From assembly GCA_046597055.1 (NCBI GenBank), contig JBKJLC010000226.1, positions 1 through 26,102 on the forward strand: a stretch of DNA of 26,102 bases, written 5' to 3'. The position numbers and the translations under genes were made by a program. Numbering within the stretch: the first letter of the stretch is position 1; each line of letters starts with the position of its first letter. Shown here one piece after another: positions 1 to 8,267 of the stretch. The notes under the pieces were generated by a model. It had not been told where the DNA came from and did no database searches. It worked only from the letters and a program-made list of their open reading frames with translations. Source of the stretch: Kofleriaceae bacterium. GTDB taxonomy: Bacteria; Myxococcota_A; Polyangia; Haliangiales; Haliangiaceae.

Positions 1-1767
1 GCCGCGGCCGCGGTCCTGACCGACGGCCTGCCCAGCGCCCGTCGCAGCGGTGACCCGCGGCTGGTCGGCTTCTTCGAGCTGGCGCGCGCCGACCTGCTGC
101 GCCGCACCGGCGACGTCACCGGCGCGGAGCAGGCGCTCGAGCGCGCGGTCGACACCCTGCAAGCCGATCCGCGCGATCGCGCGTGGGCCCAGCTCAAGCT
201 CGGCATCCTCCACCTCGAGAACGAGCGCCTGGCCGCCGCCCGGGTCCCGCTCGAGTGGGTCGTGCGCGAGGCACCCGAGCAGAAGGACCTGGTCGAGGCG
301 GCGCACCTCAACCTGGCCTGGATGGCGGGCCAGGCCGGCGACATCGCCGACGCGGTCGCGCACCTGACCGCGGTCGCGCGAGACCAGGCGCCGACGTCGA
401 CCCTGGTCTCGCTCGCGTTCGGCGAGGCGACCGTGCAGACCCTGCGCGGCCAGCTCGAGGCCGCCGACGCCATCCTCGCCGGGATCGCGCCGGCCGCGCT
501 GGGCGACGACTGGAGCTGGGTGGTGCCGCTGCACCGGGGCCGGCTGGCGCTGCGCCGCGGTGACCCCGACCTGGCGGTGGCGACCCTGGGCCAGGCGGTC
601 GCGGCGATCGAGGCCCGCCGCCGCGCCGCCGGCGCCGCGCCGATGTACCTCGATGCCCATCGCGAGCCGTACTACGAGCTGTTCGCGCTGCACGCGCGGG
701 CCGGCCGCTGGGACGACGCGCTCGCGCAGCTGGTCGCGCTCGACGCCGGCGATCTGCTCGATGCGTCCGGCGGTGGCCGCCTGCGCTGGGGCTGGGGCGG
801 TGGCCCGCAGCGCTCGCAGCCGGCCGGGCCGCCGCTCGCGCCGGTGGCCCTGGCGGCGCGGGTCGCTGCGCTGCGCGCCAGCTCGCGGACGGCCGACCTG
901 GTGATCGCGCTGGTCGCCGGCGACCAGCTGTGGCGGGTGGTGGTCCGCGGCGGCGAGGTCACCGGTGCGCCGGTCGCGCGCCGCGACGAGGTCGAGGCCT
1001 TGATCGATCGCATCATCGTCGACCCCGGTGATCCCGCGACCGCCGCGCAGCTGGGCGCGCTGGTGCTCCCGCCCGGCGACCGGCGCGGGCCGCTGTACCT
1101 GGCGCCGCTCGGCGAGCTGGGCCGGATCCCGCTGGCGGCGCTGCGCCACCACGGCCGCCGCATCGTCGAGCTGCGCCCGCTGATCCGCCTGGTGAGCCTG
1201 GCGGTGCCGCCCGCGGTGGCGACCGGGGCTGCGGCCGGCGTGGTGCTGGGTGACCCCACCGGCGATCTACCGCGCGCCGACGCCGAGGCGCGGTCGGCCG
1301 CCGCGCACCTCGGGGTGGCGCCGCGGCTCGGCGCCGCGGCGACCGCGGACCACCTGCTGGCGGCGAACGGTCGGGTCGTGCACGTCGCGTCCCACGCCGG
1401 CCTCGACGATCGCGGCCTCTACCTGCGGCTCGCCGATCGGGTCGTCTATGGCGAGGAGATCGCCGCCACCCGCTGGTCGGCCGGGCTGGTCGTGCTGGCC
1501 AGCTGCGGCAGCGCCGCCGCCCGCGATCCGCAGGGGCGTGGCTCGCTGGGTAGCGCGTTCGTGCGCGGCGGCGCGCGCGCGGTGCTCGGCTCGCTGTGGT
1601 CGGTCGAGGATGCGGCCACCGAGCGGCTCCTGGCGCGCTTCTATGCGGCCGGCGGCGCCCACGCTCCGGCCGCGGCGCTCGCCACCGCCCAGCGCGAGCT
1701 GGCCGGCTCGATGCCGGCGCGGCAGTGGGCGGCGTTCGTCGTGATCGCGGCCCTGCCCGTGCGATAG
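1..1767 (+). CDS. TPR-repeat / CHAT-domain (caspase-like, clan CD) protease, 5'-truncated by window edge
   Basis: Frame 1 is open from base 1 to TAG at 1765-1767. Ala/Leu-rich helical TPR-like N-part; CHAT motifs LYLAPLGELGRIP, LGDPTGDLPRADAEA, VVHVASHAG (His), LVVLASCGS (Cys), GARAVLGSLWSV and WAAF. Confidence 0.9.
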   Translation, partial: AAAAVLTDGLPSARRSGDPRLVGFFELARADLLRRTGDVTGAEQALERAVDTLQADPRDRAWAQLKLGILHLENERLAAARVPLEWVVREAPEQKDLVEAAHLNLAWMAGQAGDIADAVAHLTAVARDQAPTSTLVSLAFGEATVQTLRGQLEAADAILAGIAPAALGDDWSWVVPLHRGRLALRRGDPDLAVATLGQAVAAIEARRRAAGAAPMYLDAHREPYYELFALHARAGRWDDALAQLVALDAGDLLDASGGGRLRWGWGGGPQRSQPAGPPLAPVALAARVAALRASSRTADLVIALVAGDQLWRVVVRGGEVTGAPVARRDEVEALIDRIIVDPGDPATAAQLGALVLPPGDRRGPLYLAPLGELGRIPLAALRHHGRRIVELRPLIRLVSLAVPPAVATGAAAGVVLGDPTGDLPRADAEARSAAAHLGVAPRLGAAATADHLLAANGRVVHVASHAGLDDRGLYLRLADRVVYGEEIAATRWSAGLVVLASCGSAAARDPQGRGSLGSAFVRGGARAVLGSLWSVEDAATERLLARFYAAGGAHAPAAALATAQRELAGSMPARQWAAFVVIAALPVR

Positions 1768-1796
1768 TCGAATTCAGGAGGGATCATGAATTCGAC
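1767..1796 (+). promoter_or_regulatory. Hairpin over RBS/start codon of downstream small gene
   Basis: GTCGAATTCA (1767-1776) and TGAATTCGAC (1787-1796) are exact reverse complements. SD AGGAGG at 1776-1781 lies mostly in the loop; ATG at 1786-1788 overlaps the 3' arm. Confidence 0.6.
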
Positions 1797-2127
1797 GAAT
1801 CGCTTCGCCGTGATCAACGCGCAGCTGACGGCCAACAAGAGCGGAGGGCCGTACGTGTTCGCGCTGCAAGATGACCAGTGGGTCGAGCTCGACACCGGTG
1901 CATCGGTGAACAGCGGCATGGTCGTGGTCAGTGATCTCTCGACGGCACAGCCCACGCGCATCCCGGCCGCCCCCCAGAACATCTCGGCCGTGCGCGCCAC
2001 CCAGGGCGGTGAGGACCCGTGGCCGGTGCCCCCGCCGCCACCGCCACCCATGTCCGGGATGGGCCCCAAGCAGGTCTTCGAGTACATCAACAACCACGGG
2101 CCGTGGTCGTCCACGACCAAGTACTGA
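1786..2127 (+). CDS. Hypothetical 113-aa protein with GGEDPWP-polyPro motif, CHAT-associated
   Basis: Strong AGGAGG SD, GC3-rich codons and a protein-like composition unlike the shadow ORFs; starts 18 bp after the CHAT stop. Confidence 0.8.
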   Translation: MNSTNRFAVINAQLTANKSGGPYVFALQDDQWVELDTGASVNSGMVVVSDLSTAQPTRIPAAPQNISAVRATQGGEDPWPVPPPPPPPMSGMGPKQVFEYINNHGPWSSTTKY

Positions 2128-2194
2128 CCCCGGCCAGGGCCGCGGGATTTCCCCGACACGACGCCACTCCCGCGAGATCGTGAAGTAAATCGGC

Positions 2195-2227
2195 AAGCAG
2201 TCTTGACTGACTGTTTTCTGGTAGGGT
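2195..2227 (+). promoter_or_regulatory. Putative TetR operator overlapping promoter
   Basis: Imperfect palindrome AAGCAGTC-TTGACT-GACTGTTT (2195-2216) with a -35-like TTGACT at its centre. TAGGGT (2222-2227) lies 7 nt before the GTG start. AT-rich relative to flanks. Confidence 0.6.
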
Positions 2228-2234
2228 ACACCGC

Positions 2235-2873
2235 GTGACGGTGACGCTACCGGCCCGGGCCCCACGGACGCAGGCGCAGCGGCGCGACGAGATGCGCAAG
2301 GCGCTGCTCGATGCCGCGGTCGCCAGCCTGATCGAGCTTGGCTTCGCGCGCACCACCACGCTGGAGGTGCAGCGCAAGGCCGGCGTCTCGCGCGGCGCGT
2401 TGCTTCATCACTTCCCGTCCAAGGCCCAGTTGCTGGTCGCCACGATTGCCCATCTCGCCGAGATGCGCGGCCGCGATCTCAAGCAACGGTCTGCCGATCT
2501 GCCGACCGGCGCGGCCCGCACGGGCGCGGTGCTCGACCTGCTGTGGGAGTGCTTCGCCGGGCCGATGTTCCAGGTCGCGATCGAGCTGCGCGCCGCCGCC
2601 CGCACCGACACCGAGCTGCGCGCCGCGCTGACCCCGGTCGAGCGCGTGGTGCGCGAGCGCATCATCCACCAGGCCACCGCGATGTTCGGCAAGGAGGTCG
2701 CGGCCCGGCCCGGCTATGCCGTCGCGGTCGATCTCACGCTGCATCTCATGATCGGCGCCGCCACCACCGCCTGCCTCCATGGCGAGGAGGTGCGGGTCGA
2801 GACGCTGATCGGCCACTGGAAATCCCTGTTCCCGCTACTGCTGAACCACGACGAGACGGAGACACACCCATGA
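2235..2873 (+). CDS. TetR/AcrR family transcriptional regulator
   Basis: N-terminal HTH LLDAAVASLIELGFARTTTLEVQRKAGVSRGALLHHFPSK; stop overlaps next start (ATGA). Exact start uncertain. Confidence 0.93.
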   Translation: MTVTLPARAPRTQAQRRDEMRKALLDAAVASLIELGFARTTTLEVQRKAGVSRGALLHHFPSKAQLLVATIAHLAEMRGRDLKQRSADLPTGAARTGAVLDLLWECFAGPMFQVAIELRAAARTDTELRAALTPVERVVRERIIHQATAMFGKEVAARPGYAVAVDLTLHLMIGAATTACLHGEEVRVETLIGHWKSLFPLLLNHDETETHP

Positions 2874-5800
2874 GCAAGGACTTGAGGTTCGATGGCAAGG
2901 TCGCGATCGTCACCGGCGCCGGTGGCGGCCTGGGCCGTTCGCATGCGCTCCTGCTCGCCGCGCGCGGCGCCCAGGTCGTCGTCAACGATCTCGGCGGTAG
3001 CCACACCGGCGAGGGCAAGTCGGCGTCGGCCGCCGACAAGGTGGTCGACGAGATCAAGGCGGCCGGTGGCACCGCGGTCGGCAACCACGACTCGGTCGAG
3101 GACGGCGACAAGATCGTCAAGACCGCGATCGACGCGTTCGGTCGCGTCGACATCCTGATCAACAACGCCGGCATCCTCCGCGACGTCTCGTTCCCGAAGA
3201 TGAGCGCGGCCGACTGGGACCTCATCTACAAGGTCCACGTCCTCGGCGCCTATCGCTGCACCTACGCGGCCTGGCCGCACATGCGCGACCAGGGCTACGG
3301 CCGCATCATCATGACGGCGTCGGCCGCCGGCATCTACGGCAACTTCGGCCAGGCCAACTACGCCATGGCCAAGCTCGGCCTGGTCGGCTTCGCCAACACG
3401 CTCGCGATCGAGGGCCGCAAGCGCAACATCCTGGTCAACACGATCGCGCCGCTGGCCGGTTCGCGCATGACCGAGACCGTGCTGCCGCCCAACCTGATCG
3501 AGGCGCTGCGCCCCGAGTTCGTCAGCCCGCTGGTGGCCAAGCTGTGCCACGAGGCCAGCGAGGAGACCGGCGGCCTGTTCGAGGTCGGCGGCGGGTTCAT
3601 GGGCAAGCTGCGCTGGGAGCGCTCGGCCGGCAAGACCTTCCGCCTCGGCCGCCCGATCACGCCCGAGGGGGTCGACGCCGCGTGGCAGGACATCACCGGC
3701 TTCGCCAAGACCACCCACCCGGCCAACGTGGCCGCGTCGATGCAGCCGATCATGGACAACCTCGAGCAGGGGCCCAGCAAGGGCGGCAACGACCTGATCG
3801 ACGTCGACGCCGCGCTCGGCTACCAGTTCCCCGACCTCGAGTCGAGCTACGACGAGCGCGACCTCGCGATCTACGCGCTCGGGGTCGGCGCCGCCACCAA
3901 CCCCGGCGACGACAAGGATCTGCAGCTGGTCTACGAGCTCCACGGCAAGGGCATGAAGGCGCTGCCGACCTACGCGGTGATCCCCGCGGTCAACTCGGTG
4001 CTCACCCTCGGCAAGCAGGGCAAGTCGGCGCCCGGCCTCACCTACGGGCTCGACCGCGTGCTCCACGGCGAGCAGTACACCGAGCTCAAGCGGCCGCTGC
4101 CGCTCAAGGCCAAGCTCACCCACCGCTCGCGCATCAAGGACATCTTCGACAAGGGCAAGAACGCCCTGGTCATCACCGAGATCGTCACCTACGACGAGGC
4201 CGGCATGGAGCTCTGCCGCAACGAGCTCACCACGTTCGTGCGCGGCGCCGGCGGCTGGGGTGGCGATCGCGGCCCGGCCCAGGACATCAACGTGCCGCCC
4301 GACCGCGCGCCCGACGCGACGATCGAGGAGAAGGTCCCGGACCACCAGGCCCTGCTCTATCGCCTCAGCGGCGACTGGAACCCGCTCCACGCCGACCCGG
4401 GCTTCGCCAAGGCGTTCGGCTTCGAGCGGCCGATCCTCCACGGCCTGTGCTCGTTCGGCTACGCCGGCCGCCACGTCGTGCAGGCGTTCGCGCCCGACGG
4501 CAACCCCGACTACTTCAAGAGCATCCGGGTCCGGTTCGCCAACCCGGTGATCCCCGGCGAGACCCTGATCACCGAGATGTGGAAGGAGGACGGCAACAAG
4601 ATCGTCTTCCGCACCAAGGTCAAGGAGCGCAACGTCGTCGTGATCTCCAACGCGGCGGTCGAGCTGTGGACCGAGATCCCGAAGCCGGTCGCCCGGGCCA
4701 AGCCGGCGGCGGGCGCGGCGCCAGCGGCCAACCAGCTGCCGACCTCGGGCGACATCTTCCGGGCGATCGGCGCGTTCGTGGCCAAGGGCCCCGAGGTCGC
4801 CGAGAAGACCAAGACGACCTTCCAGTTCAAGCTGTCGAACCCCGACAGCCTGTGGACGATCGATCTCAAGGCCCCGCCCGGCTCGGTCGGCGAGGGCGCG
4901 ACCGCCCCGGCGCAGTGCACGCTCGAGCTGTCCGACGCCGACTTCATGGCGATGGCGACCGGCCAGGCCGACCCGATGAAGCTGTTCTCGAGCGGCAAGC
5001 TCAAGATCTCCGGCGACGTCATGGCCTCGCAGAAGCTCGGTTTCCTCAAGAAGATCACGCCTGAGAGCGTGATGGCCGAGCTGAAGAAGCGCACCGGCGG
5101 TGGTGGCGGTGGCGGCGAGGCCCCGGCCGGCAGCACCAGCGCCGGCCAGGCCCCGGCCGAGCTGACCCCGTCGACCTGGGACGTCTTCATCGCGATCCGC
5201 GATCACGTCGAGCGGAACCCCGACCTGGTCGGCAAGATCGCGACCACCTACCTGTTCAAGGTGACCAACCCCGACTCGGCGTGGCTGGTCGATCTCAAGA
5301 ACGGCAAGGGCGCGGTCACCGAGGGCGCCGGCGCCGCCGACTGCACGCTCGAGATCGCCGAGGCCGACTTCATCGACATGACGACCGGCAAGGCCGACGC
5401 GATGAAGCTGTTCACCACCGGCAAGCTCAAGATCACCGGCAACGTCATGGCCTCGCAGAAGCTGAACTTCCTGCAGACCATCGACCCGGCCAGCGCGCAA
5501 GAGGCGGTCGCCAAGGCCCGCGCCGCCGGCGGTGGCGCCGGACCGGCCGCCGCCGCGACGCCCGCCGCGACCAAGGGCGCCGCCGCCCCGGCGTTCTTCG
5601 CCGCGCTCGGCAAGCGGCTGGCCGACAAGCCCGACCTCGCCAGGGAGGTCCAGGCGGTGATCAGGTTCCAGATCAAGGACCCGGCCGCGGCCTACACCGT
5701 CGATCTGGCCGGCACCCCGTCGGTGAAGGACGGCGCCACCGGCGCCGCGACCACCACGATCACGGTGGCCGACGCCGACCTCGCCCAGCTGTCGGCCGGC

Positions 5801-5890
5801 GGCGCGCGCGACCTGTTCATGCACGGCAAGCTCCGCGTCGACGGCGACGTCACCGTCGCGCACCGACTCGGCTTCCTCAAGGGCCTGTAG
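2870..5890 (+). CDS. Peroxisomal multifunctional enzyme type 2-like (HSD17B4/MFE-2): (3R)-hydroxyacyl-CoA dehydrogenase SDR + MaoC-type enoyl-CoA hydratase 2 + three SCP2 domains, 1006 aa
   Basis: SDR motifs TGAGGGLG, NNAG, YAMAK; hydratase-2 motif YRLSGDWNPLHADP...ILHGLC; three SCP2 copies ending GKLKISGD / GKLKITGN / GKLRVDGD. True start is the ATG at 2870 (ATGA overlap), not 2543. Confidence 0.93.
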   Translation: MSKDLRFDGKVAIVTGAGGGLGRSHALLLAARGAQVVVNDLGGSHTGEGKSASAADKVVDEIKAAGGTAVGNHDSVEDGDKIVKTAIDAFGRVDILINNAGILRDVSFPKMSAADWDLIYKVHVLGAYRCTYAAWPHMRDQGYGRIIMTASAAGIYGNFGQANYAMAKLGLVGFANTLAIEGRKRNILVNTIAPLAGSRMTETVLPPNLIEALRPEFVSPLVAKLCHEASEETGGLFEVGGGFMGKLRWERSAGKTFRLGRPITPEGVDAAWQDITGFAKTTHPANVAASMQPIMDNLEQGPSKGGNDLIDVDAALGYQFPDLESSYDERDLAIYALGVGAATNPGDDKDLQLVYELHGKGMKALPTYAVIPAVNSVLTLGKQGKSAPGLTYGLDRVLHGEQYTELKRPLPLKAKLTHRSRIKDIFDKGKNALVITEIVTYDEAGMELCRNELTTFVRGAGGWGGDRGPAQDINVPPDRAPDATIEEKVPDHQALLYRLSGDWNPLHADPGFAKAFGFERPILHGLCSFGYAGRHVVQAFAPDGNPDYFKSIRVRFANPVIPGETLITEMWKEDGNKIVFRTKVKERNVVVISNAAVELWTEIPKPVARAKPAAGAAPAANQLPTSGDIFRAIGAFVAKGPEVAEKTKTTFQFKLSNPDSLWTIDLKAPPGSVGEGATAPAQCTLELSDADFMAMATGQADPMKLFSSGKLKISGDVMASQKLGFLKKITPESVMAELKKRTGGGGGGGEAPAGSTSAGQAPAELTPSTWDVFIAIRDHVERNPDLVGKIATTYLFKVTNPDSAWLVDLKNGKGAVTEGAGAADCTLEIAEADFIDMTTGKADAMKLFTTGKLKITGNVMASQKLNFLQTIDPASAQEAVAKARAAGGGAGPAAAATPAATKGAAAPAFFAALGKRLADKPDLAREVQAVIRFQIKDPAAAYTVDLAGTPSVKDGATGAATTTITVADADLAQLSAGGARDLFMHGKLRVDGDVTVAHRLGFLKGL
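4993..5463 (+). repeat. Internal near-identical 45-bp duplication between SCP2 copies 1 and 2
   Basis: 4993-5037 and 5419-5463 differ at 2 of 45 positions. Confidence 0.85.
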
Positions 5891-5919
5891 ACCTACCCCA
5901 CGCCACCCAGGAGTTACCC

Positions 5920-7101
5920 ATGACCCGCAAAGTCAACGTCATCGGCGTCGGGATGGTCCCGTTCGCCAAGCCCGGCAAGAGCGAGGAATACAACGTGATG
6001 GCCGCCAAGGCCGGCAAGGCGGCGCTCGCCGACGCCGCGGTGCCCTTCACCGCGGTCGAGCAGGCGTTCGCCGGCTACGTCTTCGGCGACTCCACCTGCG
6101 GCCAGCGCGCGGTCTACGAGATCGGCCTGACCGGCATCCCGGTGTTCAACGTCAACAACAACTGTTCGACCGGCTCGAGCGCGCTCGTGCTCGGCGCCCA
6201 GGCGATCGCCGGCGGCATCTCGGAGTGCGTGCTGGTGGTCGGCTTCGAGCAGATGGAGAAGGGCGCGCTCGGCGCCAAGTGGGCCGACCGCACCAACCCG
6301 ATGGACAAGCACGCCAACCTCATGAGCGAGGTGCAGGGCTTCACCCAGGCGCCGCCCGCCGCGCAGATGTTCGGCGGCGCCGGCCGCGAGTACCGATGGA
6401 AGTACGGCACCAAGCGCGAGACCTTCGCCAAGATCAGCGAAAAGGCGCGCAAGCACGCGGCCAAGAACCCGTACGCGCTGTTCAAGGAGCTGCTGTCGGT
6501 CGAGGAGATCCTCGCGTCGGACGAGGTGTTCGATCCGCTGACCCGCTACCAGTGCTGCCCGCCGACCTGCGGCGCGGCCGCGGCGGTGCTGTGCTCGGAC
6601 GACTTCGCCCGCAAGCACGGCATCGAGCGACCGGTCTACATCGCGGCCCAGGCCATGACGTCGGACTTCCCGTCGACCTTCGAGGAGAAGTCGATGATCA
6701 AGATGGTCGGCTTCGACATGGCGAAGGCGGCCGCCAAGCAGGTCTACGAGAAGGCCGGCATCGGGCCCGAGGACGTCGACGTGGTCGAGCTGCACGACTG
6801 CTTCACCGCCAACGAGCTGCTCACCTACGAGGCGCTCGACCTGTGCGGCGAGGGCCAGGCCGAGCAGTTCATCTGGGACGGCGACAACACCTACGGCGGC
6901 AAGTTCGTCACCAACCCGTCGGGCGGCCTGCTGTCGAAGGGCCACCCGCTCGGCGCCACCGGGCTCGCCCAGTGCACCGAGCTGGTCTGGCACCTGCGCG
7001 GCACCGCCGGCGAACGCCAGGTCGAGGGCGCCAAGATCGGGCTCCAGCACAACCTCGGCCTGGGCGGGGCGTGCGTGGTGACCATGTACCGCCGCGACTG
7101 A
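5920..7101 (+). CDS. SCP2-type (SCPx-like, 'lipid-transfer protein') thiolase, 393 aa, no fused SCP2 domain
   Basis: AGGAG SD before ATG 5920; NNCSTG catalytic Cys, HDCF, GHPLGATG and QHNLG fingerprints of SCP2-thiolases. Confidence 0.93.
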   Translation: MTRKVNVIGVGMVPFAKPGKSEEYNVMAAKAGKAALADAAVPFTAVEQAFAGYVFGDSTCGQRAVYEIGLTGIPVFNVNNNCSTGSSALVLGAQAIAGGISECVLVVGFEQMEKGALGAKWADRTNPMDKHANLMSEVQGFTQAPPAAQMFGGAGREYRWKYGTKRETFAKISEKARKHAAKNPYALFKELLSVEEILASDEVFDPLTRYQCCPPTCGAAAAVLCSDDFARKHGIERPVYIAAQAMTSDFPSTFEEKSMIKMVGFDMAKAAAKQVYEKAGIGPEDVDVVELHDCFTANELLTYEALDLCGEGQAEQFIWDGDNTYGGKFVTNPSGGLLSKGHPLGATGLAQCTELVWHLRGTAGERQVEGAKIGLQHNLGLGGACVVTMYRRD

Positions 7102-7191
7102 CGAGAGGGACCGGCCCCTGGGCCCTGCGCCGGCCAGAAGGGCCGCGCGACCAGCAGTTCTCGAGCGGCAGGTTGTGTTTCGGTACCGGCC

Positions 7192-7992
7192 TCAGGGCGG
7201 CGTCTCGGTCGCTGGGGCTGCTCCAACGTCCTCAGCCAGTCGAACGATGAGGTCACGCAGCGTGACCTCGGTCCGACCGTGCGAGTGATGGAATGCGCGC
7301 AGGAAACGCAGATCGAGGGTCAGCTTGAGCGAGGTGAAGGTTGGGGTTTCTTCCTCCGGGTGCAGCGGGAAGTCCTCGACCTCGGGCACGTCCTCGGCGC
7401 CCATCGACGCAAAGAGGTCGGCGCACCGCTGCTCGATCTCGGCGGGTGAGGTCGGCGGGCCCGGCGGCCGGCGGGCGATCGCCTGCGCCCACGCGGCTTC
7501 GGCGGCGCGCGGGTCCTTGACCACCACGCCATGATCGAGGAGCGCGTCGATGCCCTCGAGTCCATCGTCCAGATCGTCGCCCGCGACGAACCGATTGAGC
7601 ATACGGGCCCGGATCAGGTCGGCGCGGTCGCGCACGACCGGCGCGAAGAAGCGGGCGGCCAGCAGCGCTCGGTGGAACGAGCGGACGCTGACGATCATGC
7701 CGCCAGCCCGCGGCAGCTCGATGGCCGCCAGGATCACCGGATCCCGGCTGGGCCGGGCGTCGCGGGCGAACGTCGAGAAGTCGAGCGTTGCGGCTTCGTC
7801 CCGGTGCCACCAGCCCCAGATCGGCGGTACCAGCGGCGCGCGGGCCACGCAGCGCAGCTGCTCGAGTCGCCGGATCACCCGCGCGCGCCCGTCACGCGGC
7901 AGCGCGTAGTACAGCCGGACCGGCTGCATCGGCTCGCCGGTGGTGGTCAAGACCGTGATACGCGGCGGGCTTGCGGAGGTGGCGGGCTCCAT
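7192..7992 (-). CDS. Hypothetical protein (about 266 aa)
   Basis: Globular-looking 3' half of the 523-aa ORF (TTTGEPMQPVRLYY...PEVEDFPLHPEEE...). The 5' half is an off-frame shadow of the FMN reductase. Start uncertain. Confidence 0.7.
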   Translation of the reverse strand: MEPATSASPPRITVLTTTGEPMQPVRLYYALPRDGRARVIRRLEQLRCVARAPLVPPIWGWWHRDEAATLDFSTFARDARPSRDPVILAAIELPRAGGMIVSVRSFHRALLAARFFAPVVRDRADLIRARMLNRFVAGDDLDDGLEGIDALLDHGVVVKDPRAAEAAWAQAIARRPPGPPTSPAEIEQRCADLFASMGAEDVPEVEDFPLHPEEETPTFTSLKLTLDLRFLRAFHHSHGRTEVTLRDLIVRLAEDVGAAPATETPP

Positions 7993-8000
7993 GTCTGACC

Positions 8001-8132
8001 CTACCCGGGGGGGCTGATCGTGGTCTCGAAGCAGATGGTGAGCGCGACCTCGGCCGCGAGCAGGCGCTCGACGAGCGTGGTGGTGCCGGCGCCGGCCGGA
8101 CCCGCAACGTGGATCAGCGCGCGCGCCTTCAC
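8001..8132 (-). pseudogene. 43-codon remnant of a P-loop NTPase N-terminus
   Basis: Hand translation gives VKARALIHVAGPAGAGTTTLVERLLAAEVALTICFETTISPPG*: beta-strand, GPAGAGTT (Walker A Lys replaced by Thr), helix, then an early stop. Confidence 0.5.
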
Positions 8133-8267
8133 GACCAGCCGGTGCCCTCGGTCTCGTCCAGGTTCCTTCTGGCGTACGTCCGCCCAGCAGAACCGCGCGC
8201 CCCTGGTTGTCGATCGGGTTGATGCGAGGCCGAGCAGGCGGCCCGGTCGCGCTCAGACCTGTCGCCG

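Noticed and set aside
2543..2869. N-terminal extension of the MFE-2 ORF (similarly 5281-5919, 7993-8763, 9907-10413, 10659-11864)
   Set aside because: These overlap real neighbouring genes; better starts with SD or stop/start overlap exist downstream.
5879..5890. Eukaryotic origin or contamination suggested by peroxisome-like genes
   Set aside because: Operon structure, ATGA overlap, SD sequences, TetR regulator, no introns and no canonical PTS1 indicate a bacterial locus.
2714..7050. Long antisense ORFs (2714-5863, 5914-7050) and off-frame ORF 3544-5064
   Set aside because: Shadows of the MFE-2 and thiolase genes caused by high GC3 and stop-codon scarcity; no motifs.
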